DNA from: Chiloscyllium plagiosum
Lineage: Eukaryota
Reading direction: 5' to 3'
Length of the DNA: 64,000 nt
Assembly (NCBI RefSeq): GCF_004010195.1
Contig: NC_057759.1
Coordinates: 1,805,069-1,869,068, forward strand
Made by a program: the position numbers and the translations under genes. The stretch's first letter is position 1, and each line of letters opens with the position of its first letter. This document shows positions 41,065 through 54,352 of the stretch, in pieces. The notes beneath the pieces were generated by a model. That model was given only the letters and a program-made list of their open reading frames with translations, was not told the DNA's origin and did no database searches.

Positions 41065-42232
41065 ATAGCCTCTGACAAAGTCCCATATAAAAGACTGGTT
41101 CAAACTCGGCTCTTGGAGTCTTAAGCAAACTGGAGCTGAAATGAGCTTGCAGCCAGGATGCAAACTATAATGGTGGAGGGTTGTGTTTGTGACTGGAAGC
41201 CTGTGACCAGTGGTGTACCACAGGGATCAGTGCTTGGACCCTTGCTGCTTGTTATGTACATATTAACAATTGGATGTGAATGTAGAAAGTATAATTAGTA
41301 AGCCTGCAGATGAATTTTTCGTGTGGAAATATTATATGTTTCAGTACAGCCTTGGAGTGCAAAGGGCCTGTTCCTGTGCTGTATTGTTCTTTGCTCTATG
41401 ACATGAAAGTTGGTGATGTTGTTGACAGTGAGGGGGATGGTCTCAGGCATGAGGACATTGGGCACTGCAATGACAGATGGAATTTAATCCTGATAAATGT
41501 GAGGTAATGAATTTTGGGCGGTCTAATAAGGGAAAGAATTACACAATGAAGGATTGGTCCCGAGGGAGTACTGAGGAACAAAGGGACTTTGGTGTACAAG
41601 TCTATAGATCACAGAAGGTGTCAGCACAGGCAGACAGGCTGCTGAAGAAGGCATACAGAATGCTTTCCTTCAGTACCGGAGCTGTTGAATATAAGAGCAA
41701 GGAAGTCTTATTACAACTTTCTAAAACAGATCAACTACTGTGTGCAATTCTGACTGCCACACAATTAGAAGGATGGGATGAGCTGGAGAGGATGCAGTGA
41801 GTTGGAAAGTCTCCTGAAAAGGGGAGACTGTATGAGCTGGGTTTGGTTTCCTTGGAGCAGAGAAGGTTGAGGGAGGATCTGACTGAGATATACTAAATTG
41901 TGAAAGATGCAGACAGAGTAGATTGCGAGAACCTTTCTCCCCTTGGCAGATGTCTCTAAGACCAGAGGGCAAAAGTTGAAGTGGAGGGGAAAACAGTTTA
42001 GAGGATATCTGAGAAAAATATTTTGATGTAAAGTTTGTAATATGCTGCCCGACAGTGTGATGGAATACTTTCACAACATTTAAGCAGCATCTGGATATGC
42101 CCTTAAGAAACCAGGGCATAGTCGGCTATGGGCCAAGTGCAGGTAAATGGCATGAATACAGATTAGTGCTTGTTGGACATCATGGACATGGTGGACTGAA
42201 GGGTCTGTTTTTCTGCTGTATGACTCTATAAC
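41065..42232 (+). mobile_element. CR1 3' half
   Basis: SGVPQGSVLGPLL..MEFNPDKCEVMNFG; CR1 tail. Confidence 0.85.
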
Positions 42233-42590
42233 TATAAAATCCTTGTAAATGTTTTCTGCACCATCTCAAGTTTAACAACATTCTTCCTGGAGAAGGGTGA
42301 TGAGCATTGTACACAATCTTGCAAAAGTGGCATCACTGACATCTTGTACAGCCACCACATGACATCCCAACTCCTACACTCAATGTTCTGACCAATGAAG
42401 GCAAGCATGCCCAATGCCTTTTCACCGCCCTTAATACCTGTGACTCGACTTTCAAGGAAATATGCACCAGCACCCCTCTGTCTCTTTGTTCAGAAACAAT
42501 CCCCAAGACCCCACCATCAAGCTTAAAGGTCCACTCCTGGTTTGTCTCATCAAAATCTAACACCTCACATGTATCCAAACTAAATTGAAT
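42233..42590 (-). mobile_element. CR1 fragment
   Basis: GMLAFIGQNIECRSWDVM.. Confidence 0.8.
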
Positions 42591-42599
42591 TCTTCTCGC

Positions 42600-45500
42600 A
42601 AAAAGATAAAATGAGCAGCTCGGGGGTGGGGGTACACTTACCAGTGGTAAGCCACAGGATACAGGTCTCTGGCACAGAATCTGTCCCTGCTGCTCAAATG
42701 TGAAGGGGGGGGAGGAACATCGCATTAGTCATTGGGTTCTCCATAGTTAAATGGACAGATAGGATGTTCTGTGGGAAAGAGAGAGACTCATGGTTGGAGT
42801 GTTCCCTCCCAGGTGCCAGGGTTCATGATGTCTCAGATCGTGTTTTTGGGATCCTTGAAGAGGAGGGGGAGCTGTCCCAAGTCATGGTCCACATAGACAC
42901 TAACAACATAGGTAGGACAAGGGATGTGGATTTAAGGCAGAAAGTCAGGGAGCTAGGATGGAAGCTTGGAGCTAGAACAAACAGAGTTGTTATCTCTGGT
43001 TTGTTGCCTGTGCCACATGCTAGCGAAGTGAAGAATAGGGAGAGAGAGGAGTTGAACACGTGACTAAAGGGATGGAGTGGGAGGGAGAGTTTTGGATACC
43101 TGGTTAATTGTGGCTCACTCTGGGGTAGGTGGGACTTCTACAAACAATGATGGTCTACACCTGAAGCAGAGGGGTACCAATATCCTGGGGGAAGTTTGCT
43201 AATGCTCTTTGGGAGGGTTTAAACAAATTCAGTAGGGGAATGGGAACCTAAATTGTAGTTTCTGTGTCCAGAGGTTGAGAGTAGGGAGGTCAGAAATATG
43301 GTTTCAGTGTCACAGGAGTGCACCGGCAAACAGGAAGGTGGTTTGAAGTGTGTCTACTGCAACGCCAGGAGCATCCGGAATAAGTTGGGTGAACTTGAAG
43401 CATGGGTTGGTACCTGGGACTTTGATGTTGTGGCCATTTCAGACACATGGATCAAGCAGGGACAGGAATGGTTGTCGTAGGTTCTGGGATTTAGATGTTT
43501 CAGTATGAACAGAGAAGATGGTAAAAGAGGGCGAGGTATGGCAAGGACAATATTACAATGATAAAAAGGATGTATGAGGACTCTTCTAATGAGGTAGTAA
43601 GAGTTGAGGTTAGAAACAGGAAAGTGAGGTCACTCTATTGGGAGTTTTCTATAGGCCTCAGAATAGTTCCAGAGATGTAGAGGAAAGGATTGTAAAGATG
43701 ATTCTGGATAAGAGTGAGTGTAACAGGGTAGTTGTTATGGGAGACTTCAACTTTTCAAAATATTGACTGGAAATATTATACTTTAAATACTTCAGATTCA
43801 ATGTCCAATGTGTGCAGAAGGGTTTCCTGGCACAGTATGTAGACAGGCCAACCAGGGGCGAGGCAACAATGGATTTGGTACTGGGTAATGAACCCGGCCA
43901 GGTGTTAGATTTGGAGGTAGGTGAGCACTTCGGTGAGAGTGACCACAATTCGGTTATGTTTACTTTAGCGAAGGAAAGGGAGATCGGTATACACCGCAGG
44001 GCAAGATTTATAACTGGGGGAAACGGCAACTATGGTGTGAGTAGGCAAGATTTATGACGCATAGGATGGGAAAGGAAACTGCAGGGGATGGCACAATTGA
44101 AATGTGGAGCTTATTCAAGGAACAGCTACTGCGTGTCCTTGATTAGCATATACGTGTCAGCCGTGGAGGAAGTGGACAAGTGAGGGATCTTTGATTTACG
44201 AAGGAAGTTGATCGCTTGTCAAGAGGAAGGCGGCGGCTTATGTTAGAATGAGATGGGAAGGCGCAGCGAAAGCGCTTGAGAGTTACAAGCTAGCCAGGAA
44301 AGACCTAAAAGAGAGAAATAAGAAGAGCCAGGAGGGGACAAGAGAAGTCTTTGGCAGATAGGATCAAGGAAAACCCTAAAACTTTCTATAGCTATATCAG
44401 GAATAAAAGAATGACTAGAATAACTTCCGGTCCAATCCAGGACAGGAGTGGAAAGTTGTGTGTGCAGTCCGAAGAGATAGGAGAAGTGGTAAATGCATAT
44501 TTTTCATTGGTATTCACACGGGAAAAAAGACAATGTTGTTGTGGAGAATACCGAGTTACAGGCTACTAAACTAGATGGAATATAGGTTCACAAGGAGGTG
44601 GTGTTAGCAATTCTGGGAAGTGTGAAAATAGATAATCCCCTGGGCCAGATGGGATTTATCCTAAGATTCTCTGGGAAGCCAGGGAGGAGATTGAAGAGCC
44701 TTTGGCTTTGATCTTTGATGTCATTGTCGACAGGAATAGTGCCAGAAGACTGGAAGATAGCAAATGTTGTCCCATTGTTCAAGAAGGGGAGTAGAGACCA
44801 CCCTGGTAATTATAGATCAGTGAGCCTTACTTTGGTTGTGAGTAAAGTGTTGGAAAAGTCTAGAAGAGACAGGATTTATCATCTCGATAGGAATAAGTTG
44901 ATTAGGAATAGTCAAAATGATTTTGTGAAATGTAGGTCATGCCTCACAAACCTCATTGAGTTCTTTGAGAAGGTGACCAAACAGATGGGAAGAGGGTAAA
45001 GCAGTTGATGCGATGTATATGGATTTCAGTAAAGTGTTTCATAAGGTGTTTTCAGTCAGGTTCCTCATGGCAGGCTATTGCACAAAATATGGAGGCATGG
45101 GATTGAGGGTGATTTGGTTCAGAAATTGGCTAGCTGAAAGAAGACAGAGAGTGGTAGTTGATGGGAAATGTTCATCCTGGAGGTCAGTTACTAGTGGTAT
45201 ACCACAAGGATCTGTTTTGGGTCCACTGCTGACGTGAGTGAGGGCGCAGAAGGATGGGTTAGTAAACTTGTGGATGACACTAAGGTCAGTGGAGTTGTGG
45301 ATGGTGCCAAAGGACATTGCAGATTACAGAGGGACAGGGGTAAGCTACAGAACTGGGCTGAGAAGTGGCAAATGGAGTTTAATGTGGAAAAGTGTGAGAT
45401 GATTCACTTTGGAAGGAGCAATAGGAATAAAGAGTACTGGGCTAATGGTAAAGTTTATGGCAGTGTAGATGAGCAGAGAGGCATCTGTGTACATGTGCGT

Positions 45501-46070
45501 AGATCCCTGAAAGTTGCCACCCAGATTGATAGGGTTGTTAAGAAGGCATATGATGTGTTAGCTTTTATTGGGAGAGGGATTGAGTTTTGGACCCATGAGG
45601 TCATGCTGTAGCTCTACAAAACTCTGGTGTGGCCACACTTGGAAAATTGCGTCCACTTCTAGTCACCGCAACACAGGAAGGATGTGGAAGCTTTGGAAAG
45701 GGTTCAGAGGTGATTTACTGGGATGTCGCCTGGTCTGGAGGGAATGTCTTATCAGGAAAGGCTGAGGGACATCTGGCTCCATTAGAGAGAAGAAATTTGA
45801 GAGGTGACTTAAAAGAGACACATAAAATAATCAGAGGGTTAGATAGTGTGGACAGTGATGGCCTTATTCCTCCGATGGTGATGGCTGGCAAAAGGGGACA
45901 TCGCTTTAAATTGAGGGATGATAGATATAAGACAAATGTCAGAGTAGTTTCTTTACTCAGAGTAGTAGTAGAGGCATGGTATGTTCTGTCTGCAACTGTA
46001 GTGGACTCGCCAATTTTACAGGCATTTAAATGGTCATTGGATAAACATATGGATGAAAATGGAATAGTAT
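42600..46070 (+). mobile_element. near-full-length degenerate CR1: ORF1 SGNH-esterase plus ORF2 APE-RT
   Basis: LPGARVHDV..VHIDTNNIG..DGLHL (esterase); CVYCNARSIRNK, MGDFNF, ESDHN (APE); PGNYRSVSLT, PQGSVLGP, VDDTK (RT); many stops. Confidence 0.92.
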
Positions 46071-46504
46071 ACTGTGCTGTCATGTTTATGTTCTATTATC
46101 TCACTAAATCTTTCCCACTCCATCGTTTCAAATCACGATTATGTGATCACATCGATTATTTGAGAAAATGGTATGGAGTTGATGTTGTGCTAAAGGTGGG
46201 GATGGCAGCTCCTCTGCCACCATGACACATTGATAGAAATGGAATGCTGTCTGAATGGGAGTAGAATTGTTAGCTGGATGTCTCTGACTGCTGCAGACCA
46301 CAGTGACTCCATGTGAGAGTGATATTCATCTCGATTGGATCATTTCCTGTTGCCTGCAGTGTATAAGGAACTCCATAACAGTTAGTCCTGCTCTGCAGTT
46401 ATAATGTTTGTATTTTGAACAAATTCTGAATCAGTCAGTTGCTGTGTGCATGTGCAGTAATTATTTTCCACTGTCAGGAACATTAGAAATTCCTGGAGAA
46501 ACTC

Positions 46505-46615
46505 AGTTCTGAATAATAGTCACTGGCCCCAATACATTAACTCTACCTTCTATCAACAGATGCTGCCAGATGTGCTGAACGTTTCCAGCAATTTCTACAT
46601 TTGTTTCCAGCCCAT
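46505..46615 (+). mobile_element. degenerate Penelope-end element (possible fourth family)
   Basis: tctgaataatagtcactggccccaatacattaactct..cagatgctgccaga; related to 53447-53512. Confidence 0.5.
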
Positions 46616-47029
46616 AGCATGTTCAGTTTTATTTGTCAGGCTTTGGCACACAATGGGTGTTTGGAATTCACATTATTTAACTGCCATGTCTCTGTATGTG
46701 ACAAAACTTCATTAAAGGTTTAACTCTGTCCTGCGCAAACTTAATAACACTGGTTCATCTTGTAAATTGGTGACTTTTGTCTGGTTTCCTTCTATCTCTG
46801 TATTTAACATCTATGTTATATATGGTTTTTGAAATGATGTTACGGTCTGATTTTCTTTTCCATCTTGATTTTAACTTTAAAAATGTCATATTAATTGTAG
46901 ATTTAACACCTCTCCCAGGCATCTATTTCAGATAAGAATTCAGTCTAAACCCCTTGGAAAATCTTGTAAAATATCAATGGGCTTGACAATGTTAGACAAG
47001 AACTTTCAAAAGCTGATTGGCAGCTCGCT

Positions 47030-49040
47030 GGTAAACTGAAGGCTGGAAAATAGGAAACCTTCAAAAATGAGATAACGAGTCCAGAGACAGTCTGTTCCTG
47101 TTAGGGTGAACAGCAAGTCTGGAAGTGTAGGGAATGCTGGATGATGGAGACATTGAGGTTTTGGTGAAGAGAAAGACGGAAACATATGTCAGATATAGAC
47201 AGCAGAGATCGAGTGAATCCTTAGAAGAGGAAAAGACAGTAGGAGTATAATCAAGAGGGAAATCAGGAGGGCAAAAAGGGGGCATGAGAATTTTGGCAAA
47301 TAGTTTTAAGGAGATTCCCAAGGAATTTTATGAATACATTAAGGACAAAAGGATAACTAGGGAGAGATTAGGGCCCCTCAAAGATCAGCAAGACGGCCTT
47401 TGTGTGGAGCCGAAGAAGATGGGGGAAGATACCAAATGAGTATTTTGCATCAGTGTATACTGTGAGAAGGACACGGAAGATATTCAATGGGGGGAAATAG
47501 ATGGTGACATCTTAAAAATGTCCATATTACAAAAGTAGTATTACTGGATGTCTTGAAACACAAAGGTGAATAATTCCCCAGGAACTGATCAGGCGTACTG
47601 TAGAACTCTGTGGGAGGTTACGGAAGTGTTTGGCATGTCCCTTGTCAAGATATTTGTATCATTGATAGTCACAGGTGAAGTGCCGGAAGACTAGAGGCTG
47701 GCTAACGTGGTGCTACTATTTAAGAAAGGTGATAAGGAAAAGCCAGGGAACTATAGGCTGGTGAGCCTGCTATTGGTGTTGGGCAAGATATTGGAGAGAA
47801 TCTTGAGAGACGGAACTTACAAGTATTTCGACAGTCAAGATCTGATTCGGGACAGTGAACATGGTCTTGGGCAAGGGAAACCATGTTACACAAACTTGAT
47901 TGAGTTTTTTGAAGAAAAAACTGGTTAGCAAAGTTAGATCTCATGGAATACAGGGAGAACTAGCCATTTGGAAACAGAACTGGCTCGAAGGTAGAAGACA
48001 GAGGGTGGTAGTGGAGGGTTGTTTTTAAGACTGGAGGACTGTGACCAGTGGACTGTCACAAGGATCGGTGCTGTATCCACTACTTTTTGTCATTTGTATA
48101 AATGATTTGGATATGAGCATAGGAGGGATAGTAAGTAATTGTGTAGATGACACCAAAATTAGAAGAGGAGTGGACAACGAAGGAGGTTACCTCAGATTAC
48201 AATGAGATCTTGATCAGATGGGCCAATGGGCTGAGGAGTGGCAGATGGAGTTTAATTCAGATAAATGCGAGGTGCTGCATTTTGGGAAAGCACATCTTAG
48301 CAGGACTTATACACTTAATGGTAAGGTGCGAGGGAGTTTTGCTGAACAAAGAGACCTTGGAGTGCAGGTGCAGTTTCCTTCAAAGTAGAGTCGCAGGTGG
48401 ATAGAATAGTGAAGGCGGTGTTTGGTATGCTTTCCTTTATTGATCAGAATATTGAGTGCATGTTGAGGCCATACTGGACATTGGTTAGACCACTTTTCGA
48501 ACATTTCGTACAATTCTGGTCTCCTTCCTATCAGGAGGGTGTTGTGAAACTTGAAAGGATTCAGAAAAGATTTACAAGGATGTTGCCAGGGTTAGAGGAT
48601 TTGATCTAGAAGGAAAGTTGAATAGGCTGGGGCTGTTTTCCCTGCAGCATCGGAGGCTGAGGGGTGAACTTATCGAGGGTTATAAAATCATGAGGAGCAT
48701 GGATAGGATAAATAGACAAGGCATGTTCTCTGGTGTGGGGAGTCCAGAACTAGAGGGCATAGGTTTACAGTGAGATGGAAAAGAAATAAAAAGACCCAAG
48801 TGGCAAGTTTTTCATGCAGAGGGTGGTACGTAAATGGAATGAACTGCCAGAAGTGGTGGTGGAGGCTGGTGCAATTGCAACTTTGAAAAAGCATCTGAAT
48901 ACATATATCAATAGGAAGCGTGTCGAGCGATATTGGCCGGGTGCTGGCAGGTGGAACTAGATTGGGTTGGTTCATCGGGTCTGCATAGACGAATTGGACC
49001 AAAGGGTCTGTTTCCCTGCTGTACATCTCTTTGACTCTAT
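47030..49040 (+). mobile_element. CR1 ORF2 3' part with tail
   Basis: KPGNYRLVSL..NLIEFFE; DDTK; CR1 terminus. Confidence 0.9.
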
Positions 49041-50285
49041 GATTGATGAGGGTAGAGCGGTGGACGTGATCTATAAGGACTTCAGTAAGATGTTTGACAG
49101 GTTTCCTCATTGTAGACTGGTTAGCAAGGTTAGATCACATGAAAATCGCAGAGAACGAGCAATTTGGACACAGAATTGACTTGAACGTGGAAGACAGAGG
49201 GTGATGGCAGAGGGTTACCTTTCAGACTGGAGACCTGTGATCAGTCGTGAGCCACAAAGATCGGTGCTGGGTTCACTGCTTTTCGTCATTTATATAAATG
49301 ATTTGAATATGAACATAAAGGTTTGCAATTACACCAAAACTGGCGGTGTAATGGACAGCAAAGAAGGTTCCCACCGAGTACAAAAGGATCATGATCAGAG
49401 GGGGCAATAGGCTGAGCAGTGGCAGATGGAGTTTAATTCAGATAAATGCTAGGTGCTGCATTTTGGAAAGGCAAATCAAGGCAGGAGTTATATACTTAAT
49501 GGTAAGCTCCTGGGCAGTATTAATAAACAAAGAGACCATGGAGTGCAGGTTCATTGTTCCTTGAAAGTGGAGTCTCTGGTCGATAGGATAATGAAGGAGA
49601 CATTTAATATGCTGTTCTTTACTGGTCCGAGCAGAGAGTTTCGAGGTTCGGACGTCATGTTGCAGCTGTACAGGTAATTGGTTTAGCCACTTTTGGAATA
49701 TTGTGTGCAATTCTGGTCTCCTTCCTATCGGAAGGATGTTGTGAAACATGAAATATTCAGAAAAGATTTACAAGATTGTTTCCAGGGTTGGAGTGTTTGA
49801 GCGAAAGAGACAAGCTGAAGAGGCTGGAGCTGTTTTCTCTGGAGTGTTCGAGGCTGAGGGGCGACCTTATAGTATTTTATAACCTTTATAAAATTCTGAC
49901 CTTTATAAAATCAGGAAGATCATGGATAGGCTAAATAGACAAGGCATTTTCTCTGAGGTGGGGGAGTCCAGATCCAGAGGGCACAGGTTTCAGGTGAGGG
50001 GAAAGTTTTAAAAGGGACCTAAGGGGCAACGTTTTCATGCAGAAAGCGGTTTGTGTGTGTGGAATGCGTAGCTAGAGGAAGTGGTGGAGGCTGGAACAAT
50101 TCCAATATTTAAAAGGCATGTGGATGCGACATGAATAGGAACAATTTAGAGGGATGTGGCCCAAGTGCTGGCAAAAGCCACTAGTGTTGGCTAATGGGAC
50201 GTGATTAGTTTTGAATATCTGATTGGCATAGATGGGTCAGACCGAATGGTCTGTTTCTGTGCTCTACATCTCTATAACTCTATGG
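49041..50285 (+). mobile_element. second CR1 3' part in tandem
   Basis: DEGRAVDVIYKDFSK..PQRSVLGSLLFVIYINDL; terminus. Confidence 0.9.
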
Positions 50286-50799
50286 CTGTGATTTATAACA
50301 ATTATTGGCAAATGTGGTGATGTACGTAAAGAATGGAGAGAGAGAAAAAAAATTGTAATTCCTCCGAGGTAGTTGACTCTTGCTTTGAAAATTTATCTCT
50401 GGAAATTGAGTCAATGTGTGTTTAATTCAATCTGCTCTGTGACTGTGGAAAGGAGGTTCTTCAGTCTGACTGCAATAACATACCTGCTGTTTGTTAGAAG
50501 GAACTGATCACACTTGGATTTGTATCGAGGACGTATTACACTGTCTTGGTCCTTCAAGTAATTGTCTGGAGGGAGACAGAAGAGACATCATCAGTAAATC
50601 AACATTTAGTCAATGGAATAATTTAATAATCATTTGGCTGTTCTTCCTTCAAGACAGCAATTCCAACAGGACCACAGGGCTGATTCTATTCTTGGCCTGA
50701 GCTGCTCTGTGGTGACTGTATCAAAACAATCTGTCCCAATTCGCTGAGAACCAGATACTAACCAACTCCTCTACAAATGGGATAATCTAATGCAAGTGC

Positions 50800-52110
50800 G
50801 TGTCTGGATATGAAAGTTTCCTTGTCTATCCAAAGCTGTCTGTTCCTGCTCAGTGAATGTGTGAAGACAATTATCAAGATGAACCTGTTAAATGCTGTTC
50901 TGTGAATATCTGAGTGTAATTATCAAACTGTAATTATCAATCCATATAATCTGTGCAAATATGCGAGTGAATACAGTTATCAATCTGTCCCCGTCACTCT
51001 CTGGTAAATATATTTACATTTTCTCACCACAGAGACAAATAGGGACAGACTGATAACTACACTCATACATTCATATAGCATAAACTGACAGGTGCAGATT
51101 GGTAACTGAACTCGTGTATCCACATAGAGGAAACTGCCAGGGGCTGGTTCATAAATACATTTCATACATTTTAAATAAATATGATCAGTCTCTATGTGTT
51201 TGTCTGATGCGGATATGTGAGCTTAGTTATCTATATATATCTGTCAGTTTCTGCCCTGCGAACATGTGTGTTTGCTTTACCAATCTGTCCCTAATAGTTT
51301 CTCCTGTGTCTCTGAGAATGTGGATATCAACCTGAATGTGTCAGTTGCAACTATGAGAACGTGAGTTTCGATATTAGTCTCTACCTGTCAGTTTCTGCTG
51401 TATGCATATTAAATGCAGTCATCAAGTTAAACCCATCAGTTTAATCTGTGAAAATGCAGATATTCATCTCTACCTGTTAAGCGATATTAGTATGTGAGTG
51501 CAATTATCAAACAGTCCCAGTCAGGCTTTGCTATTTGACACCAGAGTGTCATTGTCAATCTGTTCTTACGATATCAACATGATAGTATAGATAGTAATGG
51601 GTCCCTGTCAGTTTCTTACCTGTCAAAGTGAATACAGTTATTGAGCAGTACCCATCAGCTTCTGCTCTGTGAATGTGGATGTATTAATCAAACTGTAGCT
51701 GTCAGTTTCAGCGATGTGAATGTGGGACTACAGTTATCATTCTCTACCTGTCATTTTCCTCTTTGTCAAAGTGAGTGTAACTGTCAATCTGTATCTTTCA
51801 GACTCTGCTGTGTAAATACATAAATATAGTTGTCAATCTGTAGCTGTCAGTTTCTGCTTGGTGAATATGTTTCTGTAATTGTCAATCCTTCAGTTTCTAC
51901 TATGTGAATGTGTGAGCTGAGTTTTCACCTGTCGCTATCAGTCTCTGCTTTGTGAATGTGAGAGTTTAATGAACAATCATTCCCTGTCAGGCTCTAATGT
52001 CAGTGTTTGAGTGTATTTATTCATCTTTTCCTGTCAGTTTGTGTGACTGTAGTTATCAGCCTGTACCTCTCAGCTTCTGCTATATGAATATGTGAGTGTA
52101 ATTATCCATT
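50800..52110 (+). repeat. degenerate ~47-bp satellite array
   Basis: recurrent gttatcaatctgt..ctgtcagtttctgct..tgtgaat. Confidence 0.8.
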
Positions 52111-52282
52111 TGATTTGATTTGATTTACTTTTTGTCACATGCACTGAGGTACAATGGAAAGCATTATTTTGTGTGCTTTACAGGCAGATAATATCATACA
52201 AAATGCATCAGGGTAATAGAACAGAATCTGCAATACAGTTTTAAAGCTGCAAAGAGAGAGAAGTTAACGTTAAAACTTGAGC

Positions 52283-52488
52283 CAGATTAGAGTGGTGTTG
52301 GAAAAGAACAGCAGGTCAGGCAGCATCTGAGGAGCAGGAAAATCTACATTTCGGCCAAAAGCCATTCATCAGGAATGTCCAAAAAGTCAATTTTCCTGCT
52401 CCTCGGATGCTGCCTGACCTGCTGTGCTTTTCCAGCACCACTGTAATCTGGATACTAATCTCCAGCATCTACAGTACCCACTTTCACC
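52283..52488. mobile_element. family-A-related fold-back element with 13-bp imperfect TSD
   Basis: inverted arms around a minus-strand ctgatgaatggcttttggccgaaatgta; TSD ttaaaacttgagc/ttaaaattcgagc. Confidence 0.85.
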
Positions 52489-52704
52489 TTAAAATTCGAG
52501 CAGTCCATTCAAAAGTCTGATGACAGCAAAGAAGCTGTCTTGAGTTTGTTGGGTGATGTATTCAGACTTCTGTATTTTATGGTGATAGGTAGGAAAATAT
52601 TAGTTTTTATACAGAAGATAAGCTGGGTGGAAGGGTGACGAGTAAAAGACAGATGGAGATAGAGTCCAAAGAAAGAGAAGAACAGTCAGTCAGACAGAGG
52701 AGTG

Positions 52705-53016
52705 GGGTGACATGGTGGCACAGTGTTTAGCACTACTGCCTCACAGAATCAGGGACCCGGGGTTCAATTCTCACCTCAGGCAATTGTCTGTGTGGAATTT
52801 GCACATTCTCCCTGTGTCTATGTGGGTTTCCTCCGGGCGCTCCGGTTTCCTCCCACAGTCCAAAAATGTGCAGATTAGGTGAATTGGCCATGCAACGTAG
52901 TGTTAAGTGAAAGGGCAAATGTAGGGAAATGGGCCTGGGTGGGTTGCTCTTCGGAGGGTCAGTGTGGACTTGTTGGGCCGAAGGGCCGCTTTCCACAATG
53001 CAAGTAATCTAATCTT
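52705..53016 (+). mobile_element. HE1-type V-SINE
   Basis: A/B boxes, V-domain, taatctaatct tail. Confidence 0.88.
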
Positions 53017-53019
53017 ACT

Positions 53020-53425
53020 GTTAGACTAAGTGGGTGGGTAGCCTATTAACAGGGCCTGTTAGTGGCTAACAATTGGTAGCGTATAATAGCAGACTAAATG
53101 TTAACGAGGCCGGATATGTGGGTGTTTAGGTAATGCATTGGGAGAGATCAAGCCCTGTAGTTATTGAACTCAATATTGAGTCCAGAAGGCTGTCGAGATC
53201 CCAAGCAGAAAATGAGATGCTGTTCTTCCAGCTTGCACTGAGCTTCACTGGAGCACTACAGCAAGCCTGAGACAGAGATCTTGGCCAGGGAACAGGGTGG
53301 TGTGTTGAAGTGGCAGGCAACTGGAAGCTCAGGGTCTTTTTGTCTGGACAGAATGTAGGTGCTCTGCACTGTGGACATCCAATCTACTCTCAGTTTCCTC
53401 AACATAGAGGAGACCACATTGTGTG
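53020..53425 (-). mobile_element. Penelope-like ORF C-terminus
   Basis: PVACHFNTPPCS..KLEEQHLIFCLGSRQPSGLNIEFNNY. Confidence 0.8.
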
Positions 53426-53512
53426 CATTTTCCTTGCCACCATCAGTTCTGAGGAATGGTCACTAGACCTGAAACACTGCCAGACCTGTGAATTTTCCAC
53501 TAATTTTTGTTT

Positions 53513-54075
53513 TGTTATCAATCTCTGCCTGTCAGTTTCTTCTCTGTGAATATGTGAGTGATGTTATCAAAGTGTAGTCAATTTATGTGATTTGAAATTG
53601 GGAGCATAATCAATCTCTTCCTGTCAGTTTCTGCTTTATGAATATGAGAAGGTAGTTATCAATCTTTCTCTGAAATTTACCAACCTGTCCCTGTCAGATT
53701 CTGCTCTGTGCAAATGAGAGTGCAGTTATTAATCTGTATCTATCAGCTTCTTGTTTATAAATGTGCAAATTCATTTATCATACTGTACCTGTCAGGTTTT
53801 GCTATGCGAATGTGTTAGTCTAGTTATCAACCTGTACCTGTCATGTGTGTGTGCGCGTGATTATTGTTCTCTCCCTTTTAGTTGCCACAATGTGAATATT
53901 GTGAGAGCAGATATCAATCAATGTCTGTCAGCTTTGGTTATGTCCATACGAGAGTTTAGGACTTGATGTATACATGTCAATTTCTGCTGTGTCCATGTGA
54001 GAATTTAGGAATTGATCTATACATGCCAGTTTCTTCTGTGTGACTGTGAGAGTGAAGTTCTCAATGAGTTCCAGT
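53513..54075 (+). repeat. degenerate ~47-bp satellite array
   Basis: same motif as 50800-52110. Confidence 0.75.
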
Positions 54076-54129
54076 CATGTTCAACTCTTATATACCAAAG
54101 TTGCTCAATTCTCTGGCAGCGAATAATAT

Positions 54130-54352
54130 TCTAAGAGTCTAATGACGTCCATGAATCTATTGTTGATTGCCAGAAAAACTCATCTGGTTCAGTAATGTCC
54201 TTGAATGAAGGAAACTGCCATCCTTCCCTTGTCTGTCCTGCATGTGACTCCAGACCCACATCAATGAGGCTGCATGGGTAGTTAGGGATGGGCAATAAAT
54301 CCTGGCCGAGTCAGTGATGCTCCCATCCCATGAATGAATTAGAAAAAAAAAA
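54130..54352 (+). mobile_element. SINE 3' part (Deu/SacSINE-like) with A-tail
   Basis: catctggttcagtaatgtcc..gtgactccagacccaca..gggcaataaat..catcccatgaatgaat(A)n. Confidence 0.6.

Noticed and set aside
50800-54075. Spaced repeats as a CRISPR-like array
   Set aside because: degenerate tandem units without unique spacers; eukaryotic context, no cas genes
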